Notes: generated by a model not told the origin, from the sequence alone. A DNA stretch of 64,000 bases from Bacteroidia bacterium (GCA_965279035.1 OZ257142.1:1536001-1600000), one strand, 5' to 3'. Shown: positions 9,429 through 19,613, counted from the first letter of the stretch. Translations and numbers: made by a program.

Positions 9429-10109
9429 TTAACGTTGAGCAAATAGTGATTGAATGAAAATATCGCAGTTATTTTTAATTAGATAAAGGCAAGTATCATA
9501 ATAAATTCGGTTTGTAAATTTCATTCTGATATTTCCTTTTCCTCCATATATTTCATTCAGTTCCGAAGTGTATAAATCGATATGAATATCTAAATACGTA
9601 TTTCTATTCCAACTACTTTTTGAAATAAGGTCGAAGGAATTTATACTGAGTATATATTCATAGTTGTTATCATGACATATCGTTTTTAATTTTTTAATGG
9701 ATTGTTTACTCAATTTTCTACTTAAGTAATAATTCTCCATAACTTCTAGAAAAATTGGAGGTTTTGATTTTGCATTAGTCATTCGATTAAAAATAGGTCG
9801 CTGATACAAACTATCTTCCTTTGAGAATAATATTGGTGTTTCGGCTTGTAGTATAAATTGAATTCCTTTGCATGTTACTTTCCTTAATATTCCTTTTAAA
9901 TTTGTTTTTGCAGAATCTTTACTAACCTTATTATGCTTAAGAATTCGATCTAGTTGATTATTCCAGCTGATATTAGTTGTTTCAGGTAGAATTAGAAGAA
10001 CTTTAGCATTGGTTTGATTGAACAGTTTAAATGGAATAAGTAATAATAATCCAATAATTATTTTTTTATGAAATGGAATTAGTATGGTCGAAAGGTCATT
10101 TTTATTCAT
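9429..10109 (-). CDS. Hypothetical protein
   Basis: 226-aa ORF, hydrophobic N-terminus. Confidence 0.5.
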   Translation of the reverse strand: MNKNDLSTILIPFHKKIIIGLLLLIPFKLFNQTNAKVLLILPETTNISWNNQLDRILKHNKVSKDSAKTNLKGILRKVTCKGIQFILQAETPILFSKEDSLYQRPIFNRMTNAKSKPPIFLEVMENYYLSRKLSKQSIKKLKTICHDNNYEYILSINSFDLISKSSWNRNTYLDIHIDLYTSELNEIYGGKGNIRMKFTNRIYYDTCLYLIKNNCDIFIQSLFAQR

Positions 10110-10314
10110 AGGTTAAATAATTGTTTCATATTTAATTTCCGGATTGATAGAAAAGTTTAGCCTTATTGTGAAATAGTAATTGCAATTTAGTTAAACATTC
10201 AGCTTAATTCATAATATCAAGTTCTATCTAATGGAATAATGAGTTGGGATCTTTATTCCTTCTTCATAACATTTCAATAACATGCCTCTCAATTGCATTT
10301 AGTAGTTTCGCCAA

Positions 10315-12354
10315 ATGAATTGGTCGAACTATTTTCGTTTTTTGTTATGGGTGATTATTTTCACTTGCTTTGGTAATGCTCAGGCACAGATACAATTAGC
10401 TTTTCAAGGAGGCGAACCAGGTGATAATTGGTCATTCACGGCTACTGCAGTTTCTGCCGATGGTATTACCGAATCAACGCAAGCTCCTAACTTTGTTTCA
10501 GGTACTCAATCAATCGTAGTTGGAGGAGTTTCAGGTGGTGGAAGTTGTATTTCGGGTGGTTCAGGAAATGGAGCCAGCATCTTTCATAATTTTACCTTTT
10601 CTGATTTCAACATCAGTACCTCAAGTCAGTTCACACGAAATCTTCAATTTCATTATGGGAATCGACTTCCAGCTTGTACCGGAACTGGTTGGGATACAGG
10701 TGAAAACTTATTGCTTATCCCCATTTTGGATGGTGTTCTTCAAGATACCATCACCGTTTTTACTGGTGCTAGTAATATTGCTGTCGATATCAATCAAAAC
10801 CAATTTTCCTATCAAGTACCACCTTGTGTTGGGACTTTTGGATTTATTCTAGGAATCAAAACTAATCGTAACGATGAATTTCTATTTGTCGACAATGTGG
10901 AATTAAGTACCCCAGAATTGAACGGTCCAATTCCTTCTTTCACCACCATCAATGGCCCATTGCAAGCGTGTACTGGAACAACGAGTATATTGAGTACCGA
11001 TGAATTTGGAGGGGTGAATTACCACTGGTTTAATGAACCATCTACTTCTTCATTCATTACTCCCAACGACACCACCATTGCCGATTCCATTGTTTTAGAT
11101 TGGGGAACTACATCTCCTGGTTCCTATACGATTTCTGTTTCACCAACTGATGCATGTGGTCTTCTCAATGGAGATACGATATCCATCACCATTGAATTAG
11201 TAAATAATCCTCAACCACTTACGATAACTGGTCCCGACACAATTTGTGAAGGAAGTTCTGCCACCTTTAGTTCCAATTATGTAAGTGGAAATGCATGGTC
11301 AACTCAAGATTCAACTCAAAGCATTCAAGTGACTCAATCGGGAATTTATTCAGTCAGTGTATTAGGTGCTTGTGGAATTTTGCAAAGTAGTATAACACTG
11401 AGCGTTCTTCCTTTACCGGATGTTTCCATTCAAGTACTTGGAAATCTCGCATTATGTCCCGGACAAACGGTTCAATTAATTTCGAATACAGCGAGCGATT
11501 TTACTTGGTCAAATCAATCCACCACCGATACTCTTAGCACTGGAGAAGCTGGTATCTATATTCTAACAGTTTCAAATGCATGTGGTTCATCTTCCGATTC
11601 GGTCGAAGTGATTGCTATTCCAGGAAGTATTCAACCATCCATATTGTCTAGCTCTTCGGTTATTTGTGATGGTTCAAATTTGATACTAGTTTCAAGTGAA
11701 GCCAGCGGGAATTCTTGGTCAACAGGAAGTAATTCCGATAGCATAATTGTAACACTTCCGGGCACGTATATCTTACATGTAGATAATGGGTGTGCAACGG
11801 GGAATGATACTCTGATTGTAAGTAATTCTACATTCAATTTTCAAGCTACTGCCGCTCCAGATTCTGGTAATGCACCTTTGGATGTTAATTTCACCATTGA
11901 ATCAACTTCTAATTTGAACCTATATCAATGGGATTTTGATGGTTTTGGTACTAGCTCAACAAGTAATCCAGCATTCACTTTTAATGAACATGGTTTGTAT
12001 CCTGTATCTATTGAAGTGACTGATGAAAATGGATGTATTGGACTGGATACTATCTCTATTTTAGTATTACCTGAACTACCGTCAAAAATAAAAGTACCCA
12101 ATTGTTTTAGTCCAAACGGAGATGGTTTGAATGATTATTTAACGGTTGATGCTACGAGTATTAAATCATATGATATCCAAATACTCAATCGTTGGGGAAT
12201 TCAACTTTATCAGTCATCTGTGATATTGCCTGGTTGGGACGGCAAATACCATTCAGAAAATGCACCAGAAGGGACATATTTTTATGTGTTGAAAGCCGAA
12301 GGAAGTGACACCAAATCGTATGAATTAAAAGGGACGATAACCTTAATTCGTTAA
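10315..12354 (+). CDS. T9SS type B (gliding-motility C-terminal domain) surface protein with Ig-like/PKD repeats
   Basis: PNCFSPNGDGLND..NRWG..WDG..GTYFY C-terminus; PKD domain (APLDVNF..WDF). Confidence 0.85.
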   Translation: MNWSNYFRFLLWVIIFTCFGNAQAQIQLAFQGGEPGDNWSFTATAVSADGITESTQAPNFVSGTQSIVVGGVSGGGSCISGGSGNGASIFHNFTFSDFNISTSSQFTRNLQFHYGNRLPACTGTGWDTGENLLLIPILDGVLQDTITVFTGASNIAVDINQNQFSYQVPPCVGTFGFILGIKTNRNDEFLFVDNVELSTPELNGPIPSFTTINGPLQACTGTTSILSTDEFGGVNYHWFNEPSTSSFITPNDTTIADSIVLDWGTTSPGSYTISVSPTDACGLLNGDTISITIELVNNPQPLTITGPDTICEGSSATFSSNYVSGNAWSTQDSTQSIQVTQSGIYSVSVLGACGILQSSITLSVLPLPDVSIQVLGNLALCPGQTVQLISNTASDFTWSNQSTTDTLSTGEAGIYILTVSNACGSSSDSVEVIAIPGSIQPSILSSSSVICDGSNLILVSSEASGNSWSTGSNSDSIIVTLPGTYILHVDNGCATGNDTLIVSNSTFNFQATAAPDSGNAPLDVNFTIESTSNLNLYQWDFDGFGTSSTSNPAFTFNEHGLYPVSIEVTDENGCIGLDTISILVLPELPSKIKVPNCFSPNGDGLNDYLTVDATSIKSYDIQILNRWGIQLYQSSVILPGWDGKYHSENAPEGTYFYVLKAEGSDTKSYELKGTITLIR

Positions 12355-12363
12355 TAGAATTAT

Positions 12364-12663
12364 TCAATCATTTATTTTAAGGTGAAGTCCTTTTTCGGCA
12401 AGAATGCTTTCTATTTTGGGAATAGATGATTTTCCAAAACCATGAAATTGAAGTAGTTTATTTTCGGAAAAATTAACTAATAAATCGATAGATGTAATCC
12501 CATTACTTTCCAATGCACGTCGAGCCGGAGCGCTTAGTTTGTTGAGAAAATCAGCTGAGGGTTTTCGATTTATTTCACATTGAGGGCATACTGGACAATC
12601 ACTAGATTTGTAATAAATGTGACCATTTTTACAGGTCTTTAAAGTCTTATTTATTGGTGCCAT
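12364..12663 (-). CDS. RNA polymerase alpha-CTD-like HhH protein with N-terminal Cys/His cluster
   Basis: C..GH...SDCPVCPQC followed by LSAPARRAL...GI....L..HGFG. Confidence 0.75.
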   Translation of the reverse strand: MAPINKTLKTCKNGHIYYKSSDCPVCPQCEINRKPSADFLNKLSAPARRALESNGITSIDLLVNFSENKLLQFHGFGKSSIPKIESILAEKGLHLKIND

Positions 12664-12682
12664 TTATTTTTATATAATTAAT

Positions 12683-14053
12683 CACACCCGTCCAAGACGT
12701 TTGTATAACGAAAATACAATCCTGATTTGATGCGAGATTACTCATCAAAGAACGCTCTTTTGAAAATTAAACCCTCTATAATTTAAAAAAGGGACATTTG
12801 TAATTCCAGTTTATCAATTTCGTCATCATCTAAAAAGGGTTTATCAAGCCATTTTTTGAGGTCAATTTTCACAAAGAGATTTAATCGAATAAAGGACACC
12901 AAATTTGAGAGGTGCCAAGAGTGTTTTGCTTCCTTTTGAAGTGTCTTTAAAAGCAGTATGGTGATTAGTGCTGTCCAAATCTGTATCAGAACAGCATTCA
13001 TGCTGGTTCCTATGAAAGACTTGATTTTCAGGTGTGTTTTGATCTCCTTGAAGAACGATTCGATGCTCCATCTACGTTTATATAGTTCTGAAATGGTCGA
13101 TGCTGTCCAAGAAAAATTGTTTGTAAGAAGTTCAAGATATATCTGTTGTTCTTCATCCCAGATCTGAACCATTCGGAGCTTTTGCGGGTATTTTTCTTTT
13201 GATTGAGGTAAACTCAAAAAGCCTTTCCAGTCGTATTGCAAGTCTGGATTTGCTTCATCGGTTGGGCTCTTAGTTCGCTCATAAAGTTCAAACTGAATGT
13301 TTTCTTTTCCTCGAATAACAAAGAATACTCCTTGTTCATCTAATTTTCTCATCCAGTTAAAATCGACATATCCTCTATCAGCTACAACAATGCTTCCTGT
13401 GGGAAATTCAATATCATGTGCTGCATTTACATCGTGCTTTTTGCCATCACTCAAATCAGCAAAAACGGGCATACAGCCGTCAAAGTCAAGGACTGTGTGA
13501 AGTTTTATAGCTCCCTTCTTCTTTCGAAATAGTGCCCAGTCGAACACTTTAAGACAAAGGTCAATCGTGGTTGAATCGAGCAGATAGATTTTACGTTTGG
13601 GAAGCAGCTTTCGGCTTGTTTTTAAGGTTGATTCAAACTGCTCATACAAGTTAAAATACATCGCTTGAAACAGCTCCCAGTTGCGATGTTGGTTATTATA
13701 TGCCAACGATGATCGCCTCATGGCTTTTGACACTCCCAGATGATTTAAATCGCCTGTTGCTGATCGCATTCCATTGCAAACGTCATTTAAGCTATTAGAC
13801 TTGGAAAACTGGCAAAAAACCATTGTCACAAAGTGAGACCAAGCATCATTGCCTTTACAATGTTTATTGGACTCAAACTTTTCTACTAGTTTATTGAAAG
13901 AATCTCGCTTAATTTTTTGGAATATCTGAGCAAATAATGTGATCTTCATGCCGGAGTTGGTTTATGTTTTTGTGTCGTAACTCAAACATACCGGATTTAA
14001 TCCGGACCAACTCTATTTTTTTACCCTATTTTAAAACGTCTTGGACGGGTGTG
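12683..14053 (-). mobile_element. IS4-family insertion sequence, 1371 bp, complete
   Basis: Perfect 20-bp terminal IRs CACACCCGTCCAAGACGTTT / AAACGTCTTGGACGGGTGTG; 9-bp target duplication ATAATTAAT at 12674-12682 and 14054-14062. Confidence 0.95.
12783..13949 (-). CDS. IS4-family DDE transposase (DUF4372 + DDE_Tnp_1 type)
   Basis: LDSTTI, ADRGY, Y..RW.IE.FFK (YREK) motifs. Confidence 0.95.
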   Translation of the reverse strand: MKITLFAQIFQKIKRDSFNKLVEKFESNKHCKGNDAWSHFVTMVFCQFSKSNSLNDVCNGMRSATGDLNHLGVSKAMRRSSLAYNNQHRNWELFQAMYFNLYEQFESTLKTSRKLLPKRKIYLLDSTTIDLCLKVFDWALFRKKKGAIKLHTVLDFDGCMPVFADLSDGKKHDVNAAHDIEFPTGSIVVADRGYVDFNWMRKLDEQGVFFVIRGKENIQFELYERTKSPTDEANPDLQYDWKGFLSLPQSKEKYPQKLRMVQIWDEEQQIYLELLTNNFSWTASTISELYKRRWSIESFFKEIKTHLKIKSFIGTSMNAVLIQIWTALITILLLKTLQKEAKHSWHLSNLVSFIRLNLFVKIDLKKWLDKPFLDDDEIDKLELQMSLF

Positions 14054-14605
14054 ATAATTAATATATTCTTCTAGTTTTTCTAAATATTGCTTGCCTAAAG
14101 TATTATTATTTAGTTGGTTTTCATTTGGGTATTTTTGTTCAAGCCAATTTTCATAGTGCATGTTTTTATCCTTTAAAACCAAAGAATAGTTTGTATAAGT
14201 ATCGGTAGTGTCAATTTGAATTTTCGATATTTGATTTGCTTTGGTTGTAAAAGAGAACTTCCAAATTGGATTTGGGATTTCTAATAAGGTGTAATATAAA
14301 CTGGAATCAACAGCCATGTATATTGATTTTTCACTTGATTGAGATATATCAATTACTGTGAATTTTCCTTTTAATAGTTGTGAATAATCTATATAATTAT
14401 TTAAGAAACTGGTTTTATCATTTTTATAGGAAGTGTAGGTTCGGGTTAATTCAAAATCATCAGTCAATAGTATTTCCAAGCTATCTTTTTGGTACGCATT
14501 AGTGTATCGAAAAAATTTATTGATTAGCTCATCAGTAGATTGAGCATTAACAAACAGTTGCAACAGAATAAATATGCCCAAACTAATAAGCTTGAATCGA
14601 TTCAT
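14021..14605 (-). CDS. Exported NTF2/SnoaL-like protein, C-terminus rewritten by the IS
   Basis: Signal peptide; LLTDDF pattern; last 10 codons lie inside the IS end. Confidence 0.55.
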   Translation of the reverse strand: MNRFKLISLGIFILLQLFVNAQSTDELINKFFRYTNAYQKDSLEILLTDDFELTRTYTSYKNDKTSFLNNYIDYSQLLKGKFTVIDISQSSEKSIYMAVDSSLYYTLLEIPNPIWKFSFTTKANQISKIQIDTTDTYTNYSLVLKDKNMHYENWLEQKYPNENQLNNNTLGKQYLEKLEEYINYHTRPRRFKIG

Positions 14606-15012
14606 TTTTTCAAGGCTATTTTACAAGCTATGAAGCTCATTGGCAGATAGGCTCCCAATAAATCTACAAGTGTAAACCAGAGTGGTGAAGGAAGCATGAT
14701 CACATTAGCAATTCCACCAGCTAAAAAGACAAATCCAATACTGTATGCTATTCGTTTTTTGTGTGAACCAGCAATCAGAATGACTAGTATTGCTCCTACC
14801 AATGTACCTAATGCATGAGCCAACCAGGGCATAAGGAAATGTTTAGGTTCCATGAGATGCATGGCAGCTTTAAGACCTTCCATTGTTTTCAAATTAGCAC
14901 CTTCAGGAGGAGGAATTAAACTTGAGCCTAGGCTGATAATGGCTCCATTCACTATTGATCCGATCACAAGACCTGTAATGATTGCAAGGACATTTTTTGC
15001 TGTTGAATTCAT
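14602..15012 (-). CDS. Four-TM hypothetical membrane protein
   Basis: PPPEG, HF..P.LAHALGT, P.WF...DL..AY.PM conserved-looking motifs. Confidence 0.7.
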   Translation of the reverse strand: MNSTAKNVLAIITGLVIGSIVNGAIISLGSSLIPPPEGANLKTMEGLKAAMHLMEPKHFLMPWLAHALGTLVGAILVILIAGSHKKRIAYSIGFVFLAGGIANVIMLPSPLWFTLVDLLGAYLPMSFIACKIALKK

Positions 15013-15068
15013 AGGATATGTAGCTTAGGTTGGGTTTTAAGCGGGATGATTTTTACGAATATATCAAT

Positions 15069-15707
15069 TTATTCCATCTGAATTCTTTTCCAAACACGAT
15101 TCTTCTCATCAGAATATTGAAGAATTCCGATCTCTTTGTCAAATAAAAATTGATTGATAGGTTCATTTATATTAACGCCCACATACTGAGCATTGGAAGA
15201 TTGAAACAAAATTTCTTTGGATTTATTTCCCTCTTGTTTTAATACAAATTCTTCATCGAAAACTAAACCGAGAAAGCTTATTTGACGAGAACTATGAGAA
15301 TTTTTAACCAATTCAAATTGAATGAAATTTTCAGGTTCTTCATGCATTGATTTTACTGTAAATTGATGGTAACTAAATGGACTCATACGATAGGAAATAA
15401 AAACCTTACTAGCCTGATAAAATCCCTGCTCTATTGAATTTACATGCAATGTGTCTCTCTTAACTGCATCAAAGTAAATCGTATCATGTAGACCCTGTTC
15501 AGTTGAATAGATGACGCTTTGTGACTGTTGAAATGGAATGGTAAATTCCAAATCTTCCTTTTTAAGTGTTTGTTGTGAGGAGCAACTATATAAAATAAAA
15601 CACAGAAACAGTTGGAATAATATTGAGCTTGTTTTCAATGATGTTTTTAGTATTATTTCGTGAATTAAATCTTGAATAAATGCAACTATACTTTTGATTT
15701 TTCCCAA
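15069..15707 (-). CDS. Hypothetical lipoprotein (start uncertain)
   Basis: Lipobox-like LYSC after a hydrophobic stretch. Confidence 0.5.
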   Translation of the reverse strand: MGKIKSIVAFIQDLIHEIILKTSLKTSSILFQLFLCFILYSCSSQQTLKKEDLEFTIPFQQSQSVIYSTEQGLHDTIYFDAVKRDTLHVNSIEQGFYQASKVFISYRMSPFSYHQFTVKSMHEEPENFIQFELVKNSHSSRQISFLGLVFDEEFVLKQEGNKSKEILFQSSNAQYVGVNINEPINQFLFDKEIGILQYSDEKNRVWKRIQME

Positions 15708-16240
15708 TACATAATGAGTTTTTCACTCAGTGTATTTTCTAATTTGAAAAATCCCGGAATACTACCAACTGTCTTGAATCCTAGTTTCTCATAAAGTTGA
15801 ATAGCCGGAGTATTTTCCAAATATACTTCAAGCCAAATCAAATTGATATGCTCGTTCGATTGAACCCAATCCATGGCATGCTTCATCAAAAAATAACCAA
15901 TTCCATTTCTGCGATATTCAGATAAAATTCCAATTCCTATCATAGCAGTATGTTGTAACTGAATTCTAGTTGCGCCTGTTAAATCAATATTTCCAACAAT
16001 TTTTCCTTCACATTCAGCAATCAATAAAACTGAATTAACTTGATTTATATAATTCTGAATGAGCTGAATTTCTTCTTCTAGAGTTTGTGTATACTCTTCA
16101 GGTAATAGAGGAATATACGGACTTTCAGCAATGTACTTTCGTTTGGTTTCTAACAGTTGTGGGGCATCTTCAACTCGAGCATGACGAATGGTGATCGATT
16201 GACCATTTTTTAGTTTGTTTGTGCCCGGATATGCTTTCAT
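15686..16240 (-). CDS. GNAT family acetyltransferase
   Basis: EYRRNGIG; N.PAI.LYEKLGF. Confidence 0.85.
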   Translation of the reverse strand: MKAYPGTNKLKNGQSITIRHARVEDAPQLLETKRKYIAESPYIPLLPEEYTQTLEEEIQLIQNYINQVNSVLLIAECEGKIVGNIDLTGATRIQLQHTAMIGIGILSEYRRNGIGYFLMKHAMDWVQSNEHINLIWLEVYLENTPAIQLYEKLGFKTVGSIPGFFKLENTLSEKLIMYWEKSKV

Positions 16241-16270
16241 CTGCTTGATTCAAGCTGCAAAATACATAAA

Positions 16271-16738
16271 TTAATCACGAATCGGATTTTCAGAAATTAC
16301 TAGAAACATATCGTATAAATCATACCCTTTTGACCAATAATTCGGAATTATTTCGGTTAAAGAAAATCCACTCTTCTCATAGAATCGATAGGTCATTTGA
16401 GAAGTTCGAACTCGAATTCGTGTATATCCTTTTTGCTTTATTAGATTCATTCTGAAATTCAATAATTGATTTCCCAGTTTTATTTTCTGAAAATCGGGAT
16501 GAATTAAATCCCAACTGATTACAGCAAAATTCTCATTCAGCGGATAATTTATTCCTCCTGCTCCAACTACTTTATCATCTTTTTCAATTACAAAATAGTC
16601 TTCCAATTCATGATTTAAATACTGTTTCAACTCCTCTGCTTCATTCTCTGCAAAATAATGAGGTGTATTGAGTTTAATAATAGCTAGAATAGCATCTTGA
16701 TCTGTTGATTGATAGGGACGAATAATAACTTGATTCAT
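16271..16738 (-). CDS. GNAT family acetyltransferase
   Basis: IHPDFQ...LG; FYEKSGF. Confidence 0.85.
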   Translation of the reverse strand: MNQVIIRPYQSTDQDAILAIIKLNTPHYFAENEAEELKQYLNHELEDYFVIEKDDKVVGAGGINYPLNENFAVISWDLIHPDFQKIKLGNQLLNFRMNLIKQKGYTRIRVRTSQMTYRFYEKSGFSLTEIIPNYWSKGYDLYDMFLVISENPIRD

Positions 16739-16803
16739 TTGAATTATTTATTTATTCAAAAATAGTGTTGAAAATCTCATCTTAATTCATTTTTAAATTA
16801 AAC

Positions 16804-17883
16804 CTAAATAACCCTTTTTACTTCCATTTGAGTAAATCGATTTAATTCCTGAATTGAATGTTCAAAGGCTTTTTCTTGCGCTGAATTAAGTGATTTGAAA
16901 AACTGATATTCCATATGCAAGGCTTTCGAATTTACCGTTCTTTTCCAATATCCAATAACTTGTCCTTCCCATACAATGGTGCAGTTATGTATTGATTTAG
17001 GATGTGGCTTTGTATTATTTCGATCATTAAAAATGGCCGAACGATCTTTGTAGCCCATGATGTATTCATCATACATGGGTAATAGCATCATAGATGAATT
17101 GGTTAAAGAATTCACCTTTTGACTTGGTATGAAATAATATTCATTTCCTTCTGATCGAAGTGTCTGAATTTCATTGGATAATAAGGCAATGCCTTTGCGA
17201 CAATCTCCCAAAGTTAAACCCGACCAGGTTGAATAGTCCTGAACTGTTGCTGGTCCGCGGCTTTGAAAGTAACGTTTAGTCAATTCTGCCAAGGATTCTT
17301 CTTTGCTCCATTTTCGAGTTTGGGGAATTCGTTCTTCAATCAATGCATAGGTGTGTTGATTTCCTCTTTTAGCTCCACTACAGATCATTCCATTTAGTTC
17401 GGCATTCATCATCAAATAACTTAGTCTATGGCCTTCGGCTCGAATGGAATGGCGCTTAAACTCTTCATTTATTTCTTCGCGCGTAAGTTGTTTTCCTCCA
17501 TGTAAGGATTTATAAATGATCTCTGAGCTTCGATTAAATAGAGCATCATTCAATTCTGTTTGTTTGTACATAAATGCATTCACAGCATGTACGCGTGGTG
17601 CTGTGAGCGCAAGCATCCAGTGTATATCATTGGCAGAAACAAAGTGCCATGTTGGTCTTAACACATGCGTGCGAAGAAGTTGACCTTCATTGAATTCTTT
17701 TTCAATATCATCTGCAATGAGATTCGGTATGCGTAAACCAATTCCCCAAAGTGTTTGAGCATATTCCTGCGCTTGAATAGCACCAAGCCAAGCTACAAGA
17801 TCTTGAGCTTTGGTGTATCGTGACTGAATTAATTGCTGTGATACTAAACGCATCAAAGCAATATCATTTAAAGAAACATTCAT
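16804..17883 (-). CDS. AlkZ-like (HTH_42) DNA glycosylase, crosslink repair
   Basis: GAIQAQ (QxQ), LRPTWH, Y....GPAT..D...WSGL, LLP.YDEY..GY. Confidence 0.8.
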   Translation of the reverse strand: MNVSLNDIALMRLVSQQLIQSRYTKAQDLVAWLGAIQAQEYAQTLWGIGLRIPNLIADDIEKEFNEGQLLRTHVLRPTWHFVSANDIHWMLALTAPRVHAVNAFMYKQTELNDALFNRSSEIIYKSLHGGKQLTREEINEEFKRHSIRAEGHRLSYLMMNAELNGMICSGAKRGNQHTYALIEERIPQTRKWSKEESLAELTKRYFQSRGPATVQDYSTWSGLTLGDCRKGIALLSNEIQTLRSEGNEYYFIPSQKVNSLTNSSMMLLPMYDEYIMGYKDRSAIFNDRNNTKPHPKSIHNCTIVWEGQVIGYWKRTVNSKALHMEYQFFKSLNSAQEKAFEHSIQELNRFTQMEVKRVI

Positions 17884-18097
17884 GAATAAATACGTGTTCT
17901 ATTTATTGATTTATTTATTCTTGGTAAATCTAAATGAATCCATTAAATCTTAAGAGATAAATTTTTCAAAATTCTTGTACAATCAGCATTTGATTCTTGA
18001 TAGATTGATGAAAAAATGAACCATTCAATTGATCATTCAGATCAATCAACAATAATTACGAATTCTTCGGGTTTATAAATATCCCTAATTCAATCCA

Positions 18098-18979
18098 ATG
18101 AATCCGCTCTTATTTCATCAGCTGCTTTCATTATCACTACTGTGCTTTCAACCGAATTCGTTTGATTCTCATGTAGCTCATTCGAAAAGCGAATCTCTTG
18201 ATATTGCGGCTTTGTGTAAGCGTGGAATAGTGAAAATTGAATTAACATCACTCGGTTCTTATCAAGGCGAATGTGTTGAAATGAAACTCAAAAACACAAC
18301 GAACGACTCCTTGATTTTTGATTTGGAAGCTGGGCGTAAATTCATCGCATCGGATTCCTCAGCTCAAGATATTTTAATTGTAAAATCCATGCACTTTAAA
18401 TTAGCTCCACGAGCTGAGAAAAATGTTTTTGCTATAGGATATTGTTGTCGAGCTACACGCCATGCACCTCATAAAGGAATGACTTTTTCTTTGGGAGAAT
18501 TGATGCCAACTGAGTGGATTCGAGTGGCAAATTATATTAGCAATAATTCAATCCCATCTCATGCAATTCAATCGGCTGTTTGGGCTTTATCGGATGATCA
18601 TGCTGTAGCTGCTATTCAAGACGACAAAAATCAATCAGCAGATCAACTTCGGCGTTTAGTGGCAAATGTAAAAGGTGTTGAACTGCCCTGGTATTCGGTT
18701 TCATACGAATCCGATACCTCGAATTTGTTTTCCGGAAAGCCACAACGAGTTTGGGGGACTGTCGATTATTATATTCCCAATCATGCAATGATATCGATGG
18801 TGATTCATGATAAGCAAGGAAAAACGCAGAAGATTCTGGCTCAAAATTCTGCGGGTTCTCCTGGAACATATACGTATTATTTTGATCTAAATGTAGTTCA
18901 TTGGAAGCGGGGCGACTATGATTTTTGCATCTTTGAAGACGGATTGAATCTTCGTTTGAAAAAGAAATTCAGTATTTAA
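18098..18979 (+). CDS. Secreted protein with thioester-domain-like motifs and C-terminal Ig-like fold
   Basis: GYCC....AP and AIQSAVW motifs; beta-rich C-terminus (GTYTY.F....W..GDY). Confidence 0.5.
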   Translation: MNPLLFHQLLSLSLLCFQPNSFDSHVAHSKSESLDIAALCKRGIVKIELTSLGSYQGECVEMKLKNTTNDSLIFDLEAGRKFIASDSSAQDILIVKSMHFKLAPRAEKNVFAIGYCCRATRHAPHKGMTFSLGELMPTEWIRVANYISNNSIPSHAIQSAVWALSDDHAVAAIQDDKNQSADQLRRLVANVKGVELPWYSVSYESDTSNLFSGKPQRVWGTVDYYIPNHAMISMVIHDKQGKTQKILAQNSAGSPGTYTYYFDLNVVHWKRGDYDFCIFEDGLNLRLKKKFSI

Positions 18980-18990
18980 TACATTGAAAT

Positions 18991-19539
18991 TTGAAATCAA
19001 TTTATCGACTTTTATTTATAATACTTTTTGGTGGAACGAATGTATGCGCTCAGAATGATCCAATTTCATTTGTCCCACAAGCCTTTACTATTCTTGATTC
19101 AGCTAGTGGTTATTTGAATGAAGATTTAATAAAAGATTGGGTTTTGGTATTAAAATGTGAAAATGAAAAATTGAATCCAGAATCACTTCGTCCAGTTTTA
19201 ATATTAATAGGAACTTCTCAAGGAAATTTGGAATTATTTGCTCGTAATGACAGTGTTGTGATGTGTTCTGAATGTGGCGGTGCTATGGGCGATCCGTATT
19301 TGGGACTAGAACTGAAAGCCAATACATTTTCTTTTGAATTTTATTGTGGAACAAATGAACGTTGGACACGATCAATTTTATTTGCATTCGATTCAAAGAC
19401 GAATCAATGTATTTTAATGAAAGATGCCGGATTGCAATTTTGGGCAACTGATCCTGATAAACAAGAGTCGTATTTAAGCAATGAAGAAGATTTCGGGAAA
19501 CTGCTCTTTCAACAGTTTTCAAATGCTAAATCGTGGTAA
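18991..19539 (+). CDS. Hypothetical exported protein
   Basis: Signal peptide; G.LN.D...D and CxxCGG..GDP motifs. Confidence 0.6.
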   Translation: MKSIYRLLFIILFGGTNVCAQNDPISFVPQAFTILDSASGYLNEDLIKDWVLVLKCENEKLNPESLRPVLILIGTSQGNLELFARNDSVVMCSECGGAMGDPYLGLELKANTFSFEFYCGTNERWTRSILFAFDSKTNQCILMKDAGLQFWATDPDKQESYLSNEEDFGKLLFQQFSNAKSW

Positions 19540-19613
19540 TTATAACAGATTTTGAATTCTATTTATTTTCATTATTTTTAAATTCATCTTTAATGAAAAA
19601 TTGATTTTAGAAA

